DNA of 64,000 bases from Parvibaculaceae bacterium (GCA_029209985.1 JARGNZ010000001.1:65982-129981); one strand, 5' to 3'; counted from the first letter of the stretch, positions 27,549 through 38,101 are shown. The notes: generated by a model not told the origin, from the sequence alone. Made by a program: numbers and translations.

Positions 27549-29819
27549 CTAAATTCGGCCAACGTAGAACTTCCCATCCCAGCCAGGGGGCGGGGGGGAG
27601 GCCTCATGTTGATTTACGCGGGCTTCGTAGAAATCGTACAGTGTTGAAATGGCACCGCTTAGCTGGCGCACACGGGCGATGACGGCGCGGGCCTCAGTCC
27701 AGTTTTGGGCGCTGTAAGCGGCAAAGAATTCTTTTTGTCCATTGGCGAGCGCTTGGAATTTTGGACTTGCGCGCACGATTGAATCGCCGAGCAATGCGTA
27801 GACAGCGCGGCCTTTGGAGTGGCGCGGTGTTGAGATGCGATCTACTTCTAGCAACGCAAATGCAGAGCCAACAAGGTCTTTTGTGCCCTCGCCAACGATA
27901 ATCGCTGGGCCGTAGTCTCTGGCGTGGCGTTGCAGGTAGGAGGCGAAGGTGACAGGTTCGCCGGTGACGCCGAAATCAAAGCCTTGGGTTGCACCAATGT
28001 TGCCTATGATGCCGCCACCAGAATCGATGCCGATGGAGGCGCTGAGGGGGACGTAAGATAGGTTTTGGCGACGCGCATCTTCTTCGAGGAACTCGTTAAG
28101 CGCATCGAGCTGTTCTGTCATGCGCAGGGCGCTGTCGCAGGCTTTCATCGCATGGTCTTTAAGGTCTAGTGGAGCGTTCCATACCGTCAACATTGTATCA
28201 CCGACATGACGATCAATCATTCCGTCACGCTCGTGCACCAATTTCGTCATGGGCGTGAAGAAACGGTTGAGAATGTCGGCATAGGCGATCGGGTCGTCCA
28301 AATAGCGATCGGCAATGACGTTGAAACCGCGCAAGCCTGTTACCAAAGATGTAATAGGGCGAAGAGTGCCCTCTGCTTTTACCAAGTCTGGATTGTTGAC
28401 CACTTTGCGGAATGTTTTGGAAGCCAATCGGTTTTGGAATTGCGCTTCAATAAACCGTGTGCCGCTTTCTCTATAGAGGCGGTTGAAACTTGCGCAAATG
28501 AGGAATGTGCCCAGCAATGTCAACGTAGGGAAGGCGGGGTCAATGAGCAGGTTTAATGTGGAGAATGCGTACCATGAGCCATAAATGCTGCCGCCAATTA
28601 GGAGGGTTAGGAAGATAAAGCCCCAGTTTCCACGTGTGGTGGCAACGACAAGGATGATGAGAAAACCGCCCACGAAAATTGTGAGTTGTTCAGCTAAGGG
28701 TGCCCATTGTGGGCGGACAAGGAAAACGCCTTCTTGGATTTGGTCAATGGCTTCGGCGATGATGTCGCCTGAGGCCAACCTACCGACGACAGTGTCATAG
28801 GTTTTTTCTATGCCGTTTACAGAGCGCCCAATAACAGCGATGCGTCCGGTGAGGTCGAAGTCTTTTTTCTCAAGTAATTCCCATGCCGGAATACGTGTTG
28901 AGCTGCGTTCATTGCGGTAGTAAAGGCGCAAGCTGCCGTCTGGGTCTGTTTGCACCAGTGCTTTGTTTGGGGAAGCTGCTGGGTTATTTAGCGCGATAGA
29001 CTGGATGCCGGGAATTTTCATCAACGCGATGGCTTTAACCGGCTCTATCAAACTGATTTTATAGCCGTCGGCCTTTTGGGAGAGGCGTATTGCTTCTAGG
29101 GCGCTGGCCGGTTGGACTTCGCCGCTGAGTGCGGCCAAAAGCGGCAAATTGCGCACGCGTTCGCTATGTGCGGTAGGCGGCAGTGTGATGCCAATACCGT
29201 GGGCGGCATCTCGAAAGATATCCAAAGCAGGTTGGCGGGTTTCGAAGGTTGGCACGTGGCGCAACATGTTACCGCCTGATTGGGCGATCGGCGTTGAGCG
29301 GCGCAGAACATCTTGCCCCCGGCTTTTGCCGGGCACAATAGAGACGATGGTGATGCCTTCATTGAGGGCATCAGCGAGTTCGTTGTCATGGTCTGGTAGC
29401 AAAGAGAGCGTATCGTCCAAAGATCCAAATTCAGGATTGAGGGGAAGCTCCCCCCATGCTTTGACGGCTTGTTTGGGTGAGGTGACATCGCGGTGGGCTA
29501 AGGGCAGATCCAGAATGATCGCTTGGGCACCGGCTTCGATGGTTTGGCGCACAATGTCGGCGACAATTGTGCGGGGCCACGGCCATGCACCCAATTTCTC
29601 TGCGCTTTCAACGTCAAGGTCTATGTAGACGGAGTGGGGCGCGGTGGTTGCACGTGGTTTGAGCTGTTGATAGAGGTCAAAAGTCTGGTTTGAAATGAAT
29701 GTGGTGACATTCGATGGGTTCTTAAATGACACGCCGGTCGCCGCTATGATGAATAGCAGGGGCAACATCCAAGAAAGCCGTTTCATCCAAATAGTCTTTT
29801 GCATCAATTCGGTACTCAA
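27549..29819 (-). CDS. CHASE2 sensor-domain adenylate/guanylate cyclase
   Basis: 756 aa: an N-terminal TM segment, a ~350-aa periplasmic domain, three TM segments, then a class III cyclase domain (ITSLVTGLRGFN..., RHVGDTMLTVWNAP, IGIDSGGGIIGNIG). Confidence 0.85.
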   Translation of the reverse strand: MSTELMQKTIWMKRLSWMLPLLFIIAATGVSFKNPSNVTTFISNQTFDLYQQLKPRATTAPHSVYIDLDVESAEKLGAWPWPRTIVADIVRQTIEAGAQAIILDLPLAHRDVTSPKQAVKAWGELPLNPEFGSLDDTLSLLPDHDNELADALNEGITIVSIVPGKSRGQDVLRRSTPIAQSGGNMLRHVPTFETRQPALDIFRDAAHGIGITLPPTAHSERVRNLPLLAALSGEVQPASALEAIRLSQKADGYKISLIEPVKAIALMKIPGIQSIALNNPAASPNKALVQTDPDGSLRLYYRNERSSTRIPAWELLEKKDFDLTGRIAVIGRSVNGIEKTYDTVVGRLASGDIIAEAIDQIQEGVFLVRPQWAPLAEQLTIFVGGFLIILVVATTRGNWGFIFLTLLIGGSIYGSWYAFSTLNLLIDPAFPTLTLLGTFLICASFNRLYRESGTRFIEAQFQNRLASKTFRKVVNNPDLVKAEGTLRPITSLVTGLRGFNVIADRYLDDPIAYADILNRFFTPMTKLVHERDGMIDRHVGDTMLTVWNAPLDLKDHAMKACDSALRMTEQLDALNEFLEEDARRQNLSYVPLSASIGIDSGGGIIGNIGATQGFDFGVTGEPVTFASYLQRHARDYGPAIIVGEGTKDLVGSAFALLEVDRISTPRHSKGRAVYALLGDSIVRASPKFQALANGQKEFFAAYSAQNWTEARAVIARVRQLSGAISTLYDFYEARVNQHEASPPPPGWDGKFYVGRI

Positions 29820-30159
29820 CTAACTGGCCATCACTAGCCGATGGTTCACATTAACTCATTATCACCCTAAACTGTGCCAAATGAAGACACAGATTGGGCT
29901 TGTAGGGAAGAAAAAGCAGAAACTGGGCCAGCCAAACGATGTTCACAAACTTACCGGGCATAAACGCGATTTTGATGGGGTGTCTTACCTGAATGAGCCT
30001 AATGGCTGGGATTGTGAGAGCGAGGGGGCGAGATTAGTGTTTGAGTTCATGGCCTAGATGCGTAATTGTCATTTGAGTTGTTTTGGGAGGATGCTTTCGC
30101 AAAAAGACCCCGGTTTCATAAGGGGCGTGATGTGAAAGCACGGTATGTAGGAAGCCAAC

Positions 30160-31137
30160 ATGAAAAAATTAACCGGTTTTGTCGCTGCGTTTACAATCGC
30201 GGCGGGTCTTTTGGGTGCAGGTTCTGCGCAAGCAGCAAGCGGCACATTCCTCACGATTGGAACAGGAGGCGCGACTGGCGTTTATTTTCCTGCGGGGGGC
30301 GCGATCTGTCGGCTTATGAATAAAGCCCGCAAGACACACAAAATTCGTTGTACGGTAGAGAGCACAGGTGGGTCCATTTACAACCTGAACGCTTTGCGCG
30401 GTGGTGACTTGGAAATGGGCGTTGCCCAATCTGATTGGCAATATCATGCCTATAAGGGCACTGCGAAATTTAAGAAAGCGGGTGCTTTTGGAAAGTTACG
30501 CAGCGTCTTTTCTCTTCACCCAGAGCCTTTCACCGTTGTTGCGCGGGCGGATTCCGGCATTAAAACCTTTGAAGACCTGAAAGGGAAGCGGGTGAACATC
30601 GGTAATCCGGGGTCTGGCCAGCGGGCAACAATGGATGTGTTGATGAAAGCCTACGGCTGGACGGGGCGCACATTTGCCTTTGCTTCAGAACTTAAAGCTG
30701 CGGAGCAAACAACGGCTCTTTGCGATAATAAAGTGGATGCCATTGTGATGGCGGTTGGTCATCCAAGTGGGGCTATTGTGGAAGCAACAAGCACGTGTAA
30801 AACCGTGCTGGTGTCTGTTGACGGGCCGGTGGTTGATAAGCTTATTAAAGAAAATACCTATTATGGGCCTGCGACCATCCCTGGTGGTATGTACACGGGC
30901 AACCCAGAAGACACCAAGACCTTTGGGGTGGCTGCAACAATGGTCACGACTGCTGATGTGAGCGACACGATGGTTTATGAATTGGTGAAAGCTGTTTTCA
31001 CTAATTTTAATGCTTTCAAAAAACAACACCCAGCCTTTGGTGTGCTCACCAAAGAAGGTATGGTGCACAATAATAATTCTGCGCCCTATCATCCGGGGGC
31101 TGTTAAATATTACGAAGAGGCAGGGTTGCTGAAATAG
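30160..31137 (+). CDS. TAXI-family TRAP transporter solute-binding protein
   Basis: Signal peptide MKKLTGFVAAFTIAAGLLGAGSAQA. TIGTGGATGVYFPAGGAICRL and YHPGAVKYYEE are hallmark TAXI motifs. Confidence 0.9.
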   Translation: MKKLTGFVAAFTIAAGLLGAGSAQAASGTFLTIGTGGATGVYFPAGGAICRLMNKARKTHKIRCTVESTGGSIYNLNALRGGDLEMGVAQSDWQYHAYKGTAKFKKAGAFGKLRSVFSLHPEPFTVVARADSGIKTFEDLKGKRVNIGNPGSGQRATMDVLMKAYGWTGRTFAFASELKAAEQTTALCDNKVDAIVMAVGHPSGAIVEATSTCKTVLVSVDGPVVDKLIKENTYYGPATIPGGMYTGNPEDTKTFGVAATMVTTADVSDTMVYELVKAVFTNFNAFKKQHPAFGVLTKEGMVHNNNSAPYHPGAVKYYEEAGLLK

Positions 31138-31155
31138 CAGTCCTTTAGAGACTGT

Positions 31156-33744
31156 ATGACGCAAAAAGAAAATCTGCAGACCACGCTTGAGCAAAATGCC
31201 CTCGACATGGTTGAAGCAGAAGATACTGGTGCAAGACACGCGGGCGGTTTAACCGGCCGCGTGATTGCGTATGTGGCTGTATGTTGGTCGCTATTTCAGC
31301 TTTGGTACGCCTCTACGCTGCCCTTTCTTTTTGCGCATTATGTGCCGATCTTAAATGATAGCGAGGCGCGGGCTGTTCATTTAGCTTTTGCGCTTTTTCT
31401 TGGTTTTCTGACATACCCAGCTTTTGCAAAATCGCCGCGCGCTTCTGTCCCTTGGAATGATTGGCTGTTTGCCCTCTTGGGGGCCATGTCGGCGGGTTAT
31501 CTTTGTGTGTTTAACGATGCGCTCGCCGAGCGGCCTGGCCTGCCGACAACAGAAGATATTGTTGTGGCGGGAATTGGCTTGGTATTGCTTTTAGAAGCAA
31601 CACGCCGCGCCCTCGGGCCGCCTTTGATGGTGCTGGCGATGGTCTTTTTGGCCTATGTGTTTTTTGGCGACATGGCCCCTGAAATGATTGCGTGGAAAGG
31701 GGCCAGCCTTAACCGAGCGATGAGCCACCTTTGGCTGACCTCGGAAGGGGTGTTTGGGGTGGCGCTGGGCGTGTCTACCAGCTTTGTTTTTCTGTTTGTC
31801 TTGTTTGGTGCTTTGCTCGACCAAGCTGGGGCGGGGCGTTATTTTATTCAACTGTCGTTTGCAGCTGTTGGACATATGCGCGGCGGACCTGCCAAGGCGG
31901 CCGTTCTGGCCTCTGGCATGACGGGGCTTATTTCAGGCTCCTCCATTGCAAACACCGTCACAACGGGCACTTTTACTATTCCGCTGATGCGCCGGGTTGG
32001 CTTTAGTGGCGAAAAAGCAGGAGCGGTGGAAGTGGCCGCGTCTGTGAATGGGCAGATCATGCCACCGGTTATGGGGGCGGCGGCGTTTCTTATGGTGGAA
32101 TATGTCGGCATTCCCTATCTTGATGTGATCAAGCACGCCTTTTTACCTGCCATTTTATCCTACATTGCGCTGCTTTATCTTGTGCACCTTGAGGCGCTTA
32201 AAGCGGGCATGGAAGGCATGGCCCGCCCTGAACGGCGTGGGGGCTTTCTGGGGCTTGCGGTCATGTTGATGCAGGCGGCGGGACTGATCGTGCTTCTCAA
32301 TGCTTTGTATTACAGCATCCAATTTGTGCAGTCTGTTGCGGGCGAACATGCGGTTTGGTTGATCGCGGCACTCTTGGGCGGGGCCTATGTGGCTTTGGTA
32401 TGGGTTGCAGCGCGTGCGCCTCATACGGAGAAATTGTTAGAAGGGGACGCGCTGGAGCATTTGCCAACCACGGCTGAAGTGGCGCGCACGGGCCTTCACT
32501 TCTTGCTGCCGATTGGGGTACTTGTTTGGTGTCTTATGATTGAGCGTCTCTCGCCGGGGTTATCTGCCTTTTGGGGAACGGTGACGTTGCTTTTATTGAC
32601 CTTTACGCAACCCTTGTTGTTGCTATTTTTGCAGCGTGGGGAATTGGCCTGGGCAGCCCTTTTGGAGGGGCGTGCTCAGTTGATTGAGGGGCTTGGTACT
32701 GGTGCGCGAAATATGGTTGCCATCGCTATTGCAACGGCAGCGGCGGGCATCATCATGGGCACGGTTTCGCTTACGGGTATTGCGCAAGTCTTGACGGAGT
32801 TGGTGGAATTTCTCTCCGGTGGCTCTTTGGTGTTGATGCTGGTGCTTGTGGCTATCTTGAGTTTGATCTTGGGCATGGGGCTTCCCACTACGGCCAATTA
32901 TATTGTGGTGTCGGGGCTGCTGGCCGGTGTGGTGGTTGAGCTTGGGGCGGCTAATGGACTGGTGGTGCCTTTGATCGCGGTTCATCTGTTTGTTTTCTAT
33001 TTTGGTATTATGGCAGATGTGACGCCGCCTGTTGGTGTGGCGTCCTTTGCGGCTGCAGCTATTTCACGTGGTGATCCGCTTAAAACGGGTGGGTACGCCT
33101 TTTTATATTCGCTGCGTACGGTGATCCTGCCTTTCTTTTTTATCTTTAATACCAAGCTACTGCTTATTGGAGTGGAGGGACCCGTTGATCTCGCGTTGAC
33201 GGTTCTAGGCGCTTTAGGGGCGGTGCTGTTATTTTCTGCCGCGACTCAATCCTTTTTTCTGGTGCGCAATCGTTTGTGGGAAACCGGTGTGTTGCTGCTT
33301 ATTGCGTTCACGCTGTTTCGACCTCAGTTTTGGATCGACCAGTGGCAGGCACCCTTTGACGAAGTTCCTATCGTGCAGGCAACGTCTCTTATTGAAGAGG
33401 TTGAGGAAAATGGTAGTGCACGTTTGATCATGCGCGGTGAGACGCTAGAGGGGGATGTTGTGACGCGGCGCATATTGTTGCCCCTCGGGCCGGCCGGATC
33501 GTTGACTGAACGATTTGCATTTTCGGGTTTAGCTGTGCGCGCGGAAGGTGAGCAAACAATCGTCGATGATGTTGATTTTGCGAGTACTGCAGAGAAACTG
33601 GGTGTTGATTTCGATTGGGAAATTCTTGCGTTGGAAGTGCCGGTTGATCGGCCCAATGCATATTGGAGCTTTCTGCCCGCTGTGGTTCTGTTTGGCTTGG
33701 TGCTGATGTCTCAACGGCGACGCCGACGGGAGCATGCTGCTTGA
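31156..33744 (+). CDS. TRAP transporter fused permease subunit with C-terminal extension
   Basis: 862-aa polytopic protein directly after the TAXI SBP gene. It has a DctM-like core plus a ~150-aa soluble-looking C-terminal region (33300-33650) and a final TM segment. Confidence 0.9.
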   Translation: MTQKENLQTTLEQNALDMVEAEDTGARHAGGLTGRVIAYVAVCWSLFQLWYASTLPFLFAHYVPILNDSEARAVHLAFALFLGFLTYPAFAKSPRASVPWNDWLFALLGAMSAGYLCVFNDALAERPGLPTTEDIVVAGIGLVLLLEATRRALGPPLMVLAMVFLAYVFFGDMAPEMIAWKGASLNRAMSHLWLTSEGVFGVALGVSTSFVFLFVLFGALLDQAGAGRYFIQLSFAAVGHMRGGPAKAAVLASGMTGLISGSSIANTVTTGTFTIPLMRRVGFSGEKAGAVEVAASVNGQIMPPVMGAAAFLMVEYVGIPYLDVIKHAFLPAILSYIALLYLVHLEALKAGMEGMARPERRGGFLGLAVMLMQAAGLIVLLNALYYSIQFVQSVAGEHAVWLIAALLGGAYVALVWVAARAPHTEKLLEGDALEHLPTTAEVARTGLHFLLPIGVLVWCLMIERLSPGLSAFWGTVTLLLLTFTQPLLLLFLQRGELAWAALLEGRAQLIEGLGTGARNMVAIAIATAAAGIIMGTVSLTGIAQVLTELVEFLSGGSLVLMLVLVAILSLILGMGLPTTANYIVVSGLLAGVVVELGAANGLVVPLIAVHLFVFYFGIMADVTPPVGVASFAAAAISRGDPLKTGGYAFLYSLRTVILPFFFIFNTKLLLIGVEGPVDLALTVLGALGAVLLFSAATQSFFLVRNRLWETGVLLLIAFTLFRPQFWIDQWQAPFDEVPIVQATSLIEEVEENGSARLIMRGETLEGDVVTRRILLPLGPAGSLTERFAFSGLAVRAEGEQTIVDDVDFASTAEKLGVDFDWEILALEVPVDRPNAYWSFLPAVVLFGLVLMSQRRRRREHAA

Positions 33745-33759
33745 TAGGCTGGTGATGTC

Positions 33760-33789
33760 ATAAAGGCGGCTCGTTGAAGCCGCCTTTAT
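33760..33789. terminator. bidirectional intrinsic terminator (TRAP permease / cytochrome c convergent pair)
   Basis: ATAAAGGCGGCT-CGTTGA-AGCCGCCTTTAT has a 12-bp stem with T-rich tracts on both strands. Confidence 0.75.
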
Positions 33790-33811
33790 TTGTGTATAGT
33801 CCCGCGTTTGC

Positions 33812-34243
33812 TTATTCAGCTGGTGCAGGCGATGTTTCTGCTCTTAGGTACGCAATGATGTTGACCCGTTGCTTTTCTTTACGCAAGCCAGCAAAGGACA
33901 TTGCAGTGCCTTTGATATATTTGGATGGCTTGGTGAGATATTCTGCAAGCGTTTCGTCGTTCCATTCGGCAATTTCAGGTGCTTTTGCCCGCATTGCTTT
34001 TGAGTAGTTGAAGTCTTCAACAGAGGCGACGCCGCGCGTGAAGATGCCATAAAGATTGGGGCCAATTTTGTTGGCTTCACCTTCTTTGAGGGTATGGCAC
34101 GCTTTACATTTTTTGAAAACTTTTGCGCCTTTTTTGAGGTCAGGCACAATGTCGTCAGCCATGACGGGGGTGCTCAAGGCCATGCCAAGACCAATGGTCA
34201 AAGCGAGTGCGGGGGCGGCAATACCCTTCCAAACGATTTTCAT
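33812..34243 (-). CDS. class I c-type cytochrome (cytochrome c2/c550-like)
   Basis: Signal peptide, CKACHTL haem-binding CxxCH, and GTAMSFAGL (Met sixth ligand region, mitochondrial-type). Confidence 0.9.
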   Translation of the reverse strand: MKIVWKGIAAPALALTIGLGMALSTPVMADDIVPDLKKGAKVFKKCKACHTLKEGEANKIGPNLYGIFTRGVASVEDFNYSKAMRAKAPEIAEWNDETLAEYLTKPSKYIKGTAMSFAGLRKEKQRVNIIAYLRAETSPAPAE

Positions 34244-34382
34244 GACGACTTTCTCCTAATCTAGATCTTGTGTGTCGGTGAAACTTTATTTTTTCTTTGT
34301 TACCCTGAACTTAGCGTGAATGTTATACATGTCGATGTGGTTTTCTGACGCGTTAGGCTAAAAGTCGTATTGCGAGGTTTTT

Positions 34383-35522
34383 GTGGACGGTGAGGCTCTT
34401 TCTTTCCATGTGATTGATGAAAATGGCACTTTTCAGGTGGATTTCGCCGGAGAGTGGACCGTTCGGCATGTTCAAAGTGTGGATGATCGGCTGAAAACCA
34501 TACACAGCCAGCGGGTTGCGGGTCGAGAGGCTGTCTTGTCCTTGGGCGAGGTTTCACGGTTAGATACGGCTGGGGCTTGGATGATTGAACGCACGGCGTC
34601 TCAATTGGAAGCGCTTGGTTTTACAGTTCGCCGGGCTGGGGTTTCACCAGTTCAGCAAGCTTTATTGGACGCGATTGAGCACACGGGCACATCTATAGAG
34701 ATGCATCCAAATGAAGGCCCTTGGTATATTGCTGTGTTGGAACGCATGGGTGCGACGGTTCGCCAGATCGGTAACAACATTCTTGAACAGCTTGCATTTT
34801 TTGGTCTTGTGATTACCACTTTGGGGCGTGCCATACGGCGGCCAAGCCGGTTGCGGGTTGTGCCATTGGTGCACCATATGGAAAAGGCTGGTCTTGATGC
34901 GTTGCCAATTGTGGCGCTGATGACATTTTTGATTGGTGCTGTGATTGCCCAACAAGGAGCGGTGCAACTGCAAAAGCTTGGGGCTGAAGTCTATACGGTC
35001 AATTTGGTGGCGATTGTATTTTTGCGTGAGGTGGGACTATTGCTGACCGCCATCATTGTGGCTGGGCGCTCTGGGTCTGCTTTTACCGCTGAGATTGGGT
35101 CGATGAAAATGCGCGAAGAGGTGGATGCCATGCGCACTCTAGGGTTAGACCCTATTGAGATGCTGGTGGTGCCGCGCGTTTTGGCACTTGTGATTACCCT
35201 GCCTCTTTTGACCTTTATAGGCGACATTGTGGGATTGATTGGGGGCGGTGTGGCTGTTTGGACCATGCTGGATACAACTCCGGATGCGTATTTGGTGCAA
35301 TTGCGGGAGGCGTCAGGTTTTTGGACCTTTGGGGTGGGCTTGCTCAAAGCCCCCTTTATGGCGCTGGTGATTGCGATGATCGGGTGTCGTGCGGGTTTGA
35401 ATGTGTCAGGTTCGGCGGAATCTGTGGGGCGTCAAACAACCAGTTCGGTCGTGCAATCAATCTTTATGGTTATCGTGCTTGATGCGGCATTTGCCATATT
35501 CTTCACCGGGGTGGGGATTTGA
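34383..35522 (+). CDS. MlaE-family ABC permease with an N-terminal STAS (MlaB-like) domain
   Basis: The C-terminal ~260 aa are MlaE-like (GAVIAQQG, IVAGRSGSAFTAEIGSMKMREEVDAM). The N-terminal ~110 aa look like STAS (FAGEWTVRHV..., LSLGEVSRLDTAGAWMI). GTG start. Confidence 0.85.
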   Translation: MDGEALSFHVIDENGTFQVDFAGEWTVRHVQSVDDRLKTIHSQRVAGREAVLSLGEVSRLDTAGAWMIERTASQLEALGFTVRRAGVSPVQQALLDAIEHTGTSIEMHPNEGPWYIAVLERMGATVRQIGNNILEQLAFFGLVITTLGRAIRRPSRLRVVPLVHHMEKAGLDALPIVALMTFLIGAVIAQQGAVQLQKLGAEVYTVNLVAIVFLREVGLLLTAIIVAGRSGSAFTAEIGSMKMREEVDAMRTLGLDPIEMLVVPRVLALVITLPLLTFIGDIVGLIGGGVAVWTMLDTTPDAYLVQLREASGFWTFGVGLLKAPFMALVIAMIGCRAGLNVSGSAESVGRQTTSSVVQSIFMVIVLDAAFAIFFTGVGI

Positions 35523-35523
35523 T

Positions 35524-36318
35524 ATGAGCCAAACGTCTAGACATACAAACGAACAAGACGATTTCATTATTCAGGTTCGCGGCCTTGACAATAGTTTTGA
35601 TGGGCATGTCGTGCATCAAAACCTTTCGCTTGATGTGAAGCGAGGGGAAATTCTAGGGATTGTTGGGGGCTCTGGGACAGGTAAGTCTGTTTTGTTGCGC
35701 TCCATTGTGGGTTTGCGCGAACCCCAAGCCGGGGATTTGTCTGTTTTTGGCCAGCGCCTAAAAGACCTGACGGAAGATGAACGCCAAGCTATCGAGCAGC
35801 GGTGGGGCATCTTGTTTCAGGACGGGGCGTTGTTTTCTGCGTTGAGTGTGGCGGAAAATGTGCAAGTTGCTTTCAGAGAGCATCTGTCTATGAAGCCTAG
35901 CCTTATGGATGAATTGGCGGGATTGAAAATTCGGCTGGTGGGGCTTGATGAGGGGGCCTGTAGTAAATATCCGTCAGAGCTGTCTGGGGGGATGCGTAAG
36001 AGAGCGGGGCTGGCGCGGGCTTTGGCATTGGACCCGGAGATTGTTTTTCTGGATGAGCCAACGGCTGGTCTTGACCCCATTGGTGCCCACGCTTTTGATA
36101 TGTTGATTAAGGATTTGCAGCGTGCACTGGGGCTAACCGTCTTTATGGTGACGCATGACTTGGATACGTTGTCGACGGTGTGTGACCGTATTGCTGTGCT
36201 GGCGGATAAACAGGTTATTTTAGTCGGCACGATGGATGATATGTTACAAAGTACCCATCCATGGGTGCGTGAGTATTTTCATGGGCCGCGTGCACGTGCT
36301 GCGCGATCTTCTGGATAA
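35524..36318 (+). CDS. ABC transporter ATP-binding protein (MlaF-like)
   Basis: Walker A GGSGTGKSV, signature LSGGMRKRAGLARAL, Walker B IVFLDEPTAGLD. The ATG lies 1 nt after the permease stop. Confidence 0.93.
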   Translation: MSQTSRHTNEQDDFIIQVRGLDNSFDGHVVHQNLSLDVKRGEILGIVGGSGTGKSVLLRSIVGLREPQAGDLSVFGQRLKDLTEDERQAIEQRWGILFQDGALFSALSVAENVQVAFREHLSMKPSLMDELAGLKIRLVGLDEGACSKYPSELSGGMRKRAGLARALALDPEIVFLDEPTAGLDPIGAHAFDMLIKDLQRALGLTVFMVTHDLDTLSTVCDRIAVLADKQVILVGTMDDMLQSTHPWVREYFHGPRARAARSSG

Positions 36319-36406
36319 GCTGATCGGACGATGTGTTTGACGGCTGTTTAAGCGATAAGTAGTAGATGTGGGCCGGGCCCGCGCAAAGGCCCTGAAGGGA
36401 AATAAA

Positions 36407-37351
36407 ATGGAAATACGGTCCAACAATGTTTTGATTGGTGGTTTTGCACTTCTGGTTGTTCTTGGGGCCTTTTTGTTTTCGTTCTGGATTGCGCGTGTGC
36501 AAATCAACCGAACCTTCAATCATTATGAAGTCGTATTTCAAGGGTCTGTTTCTGGGCTGACGGATGGCGGCAGTGTGCAATATAACGGTATTCGTGTGGG
36601 TAAGGTTGTAGACCTGCGGTTGGATGAAAAAGACCCCAGCCGGGTGATTGCGCTCATTAGAACGGAATCTGCCACGCCGGTTAAAACCGATACTAAGGTG
36701 AGTTTGCAATTTACCGGCCTGACCGGCGTTGCTTTGATACAGCTAGAGGGTGGCTCGCAATCGGCGCCGCGTTTGGTGCGGAAAAAGGGGCAGCGTCACC
36801 CTATTATCATTGCCGAACCATCCGCGTTTCAGGAACTTTTTGAAAGCGCACCAGCTGCTTTGGATAATGCCAATAAGTTGATTATCGACTTGCAGGAAAT
36901 GGTGAAGCAAAATCAGAAGAATGTATCTGGCATTGTGAAAAATGTAGAGACGTTGACGGCGGAACTTGCGGGCAGCTCTGCTGACATTAAGCAGACCTTG
37001 CGCAATGTAAACGATATCACCGGAAATGTTGCTCGTGCTTCTGATAGCTTGGAGCGGTTGGCAAAAACCAGTGAAACTTTGCTGGCCGGAGATGTGGCGG
37101 GTGTTGTGCATGAAGCGCGCAAGGCTGTTAAAGCTTACCGTGCGCTTGGGGATGAGCTTGGCCAGATCATGCAGGACAACAGGGCTTCTATCGATAGCTT
37201 TACGCGTGACGGCCTTGGAGAGGTTCCGCTTTTGCTGGAAGATACGCGTAAATTGATTGATACGCTGGAGCGTATTGCGAAGACAGCCGAGGACAATCCG
37301 GGCCAATATCTACTTGGTAAAGATGTCGTTGAATATGATGTGCCACGTTGA
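36407..37351 (+). CDS. MlaD/MCE-domain substrate-binding protein
   Basis: N-terminal TM (NNVLIGGFALLVVLGAFLF), MCE domain (GSVSGLTDGGSVQYNGIRVGKVVDLRLD) and a helical C-terminal region. Confidence 0.88.
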   Translation: MEIRSNNVLIGGFALLVVLGAFLFSFWIARVQINRTFNHYEVVFQGSVSGLTDGGSVQYNGIRVGKVVDLRLDEKDPSRVIALIRTESATPVKTDTKVSLQFTGLTGVALIQLEGGSQSAPRLVRKKGQRHPIIIAEPSAFQELFESAPAALDNANKLIIDLQEMVKQNQKNVSGIVKNVETLTAELAGSSADIKQTLRNVNDITGNVARASDSLERLAKTSETLLAGDVAGVVHEARKAVKAYRALGDELGQIMQDNRASIDSFTRDGLGEVPLLLEDTRKLIDTLERIAKTAEDNPGQYLLGKDVVEYDVPR

Positions 37352-37393
37352 GCTGACTGGTGCGAGTGAATGAGCGTAGGACAGGATAGTAGG

Positions 37394-38101
37394 ATGGCAC
37401 GGGCAAATATGACAATGGTCACAGGTACGCAGACTGCTGCGCGTAAGCGGACATCTTTAAAGCGCGCTTCTTCCCTTGCCGCTTTAGGTCTTCTCGGCAT
37501 GAGCCTTTTGTCGGGATGTGCTTTGGTTGATATTGGCGCTGGTGAGCCTGCGCGGATGTTTGTGATTACGCCTGTGACGGTGGACCGTGTGAACGTGCCA
37601 CACGCGCGAACAGCGGTTACCATCAAAGAGCCGTATGCAGCGGCAGAAGTTAATACACCCAAAATTCTTTATCGCCCTTCGGCTCATGAAGTTGTCTATA
37701 TCGGCAATGTGCGATGGTCGGATACAGCGCCGGTGATTTTTCAAACGGCATTGATTGATACATTTGAGCAGTCTGGCAAGTTTGATGCAGTGGCACGCAC
37801 GGGGAGTGGTTTGCGGGCGCGTTATGACGTGCAGTCGGAGTTGAGGGAATTTGGTTTTACTCAGCAAGACGGCAAAATGATTGCTGGTGTGGACTTGCGT
37901 GTGAGCCTTGTTGATATGCACAAGGGACGGCTGATTGCGGCGACACGCTTTGCCGCTGAGGCGCCAAGTGCTGGTAAAACACAAGACGACCTGATCCTTG
38001 CCTTAGACGGTGTGAGCGACGATGTGATGAGCCAGCTTACCATTTGGGCCGCTCAGACGTTGTCGGCGCATACTCAATCGGCTGAACTTGCGGGCGGTTA
38101 G
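37394..38101 (+). CDS. ABC-type transport auxiliary lipoprotein (PqiC/DUF330-like)
   Basis: Lipobox LLSGC after a positively charged N-region. It occupies the fourth position of the Mla/Mce-like operon, as is typical for this family. Confidence 0.7.
   Translation: MARANMTMVTGTQTAARKRTSLKRASSLAALGLLGMSLLSGCALVDIGAGEPARMFVITPVTVDRVNVPHARTAVTIKEPYAAAEVNTPKILYRPSAHEVVYIGNVRWSDTAPVIFQTALIDTFEQSGKFDAVARTGSGLRARYDVQSELREFGFTQQDGKMIAGVDLRVSLVDMHKGRLIAATRFAAEAPSAGKTQDDLILALDGVSDDVMSQLTIWAAQTLSAHTQSAELAGG

Noticed and set aside
30685-31239. 184-aa minus-strand ORF over the TAXI gene 3' end.
   Set aside because: It is antisense to a clearly recognised TAXI solute-binding protein, and its sequence is His/Phe/Arg/Cys-rich.
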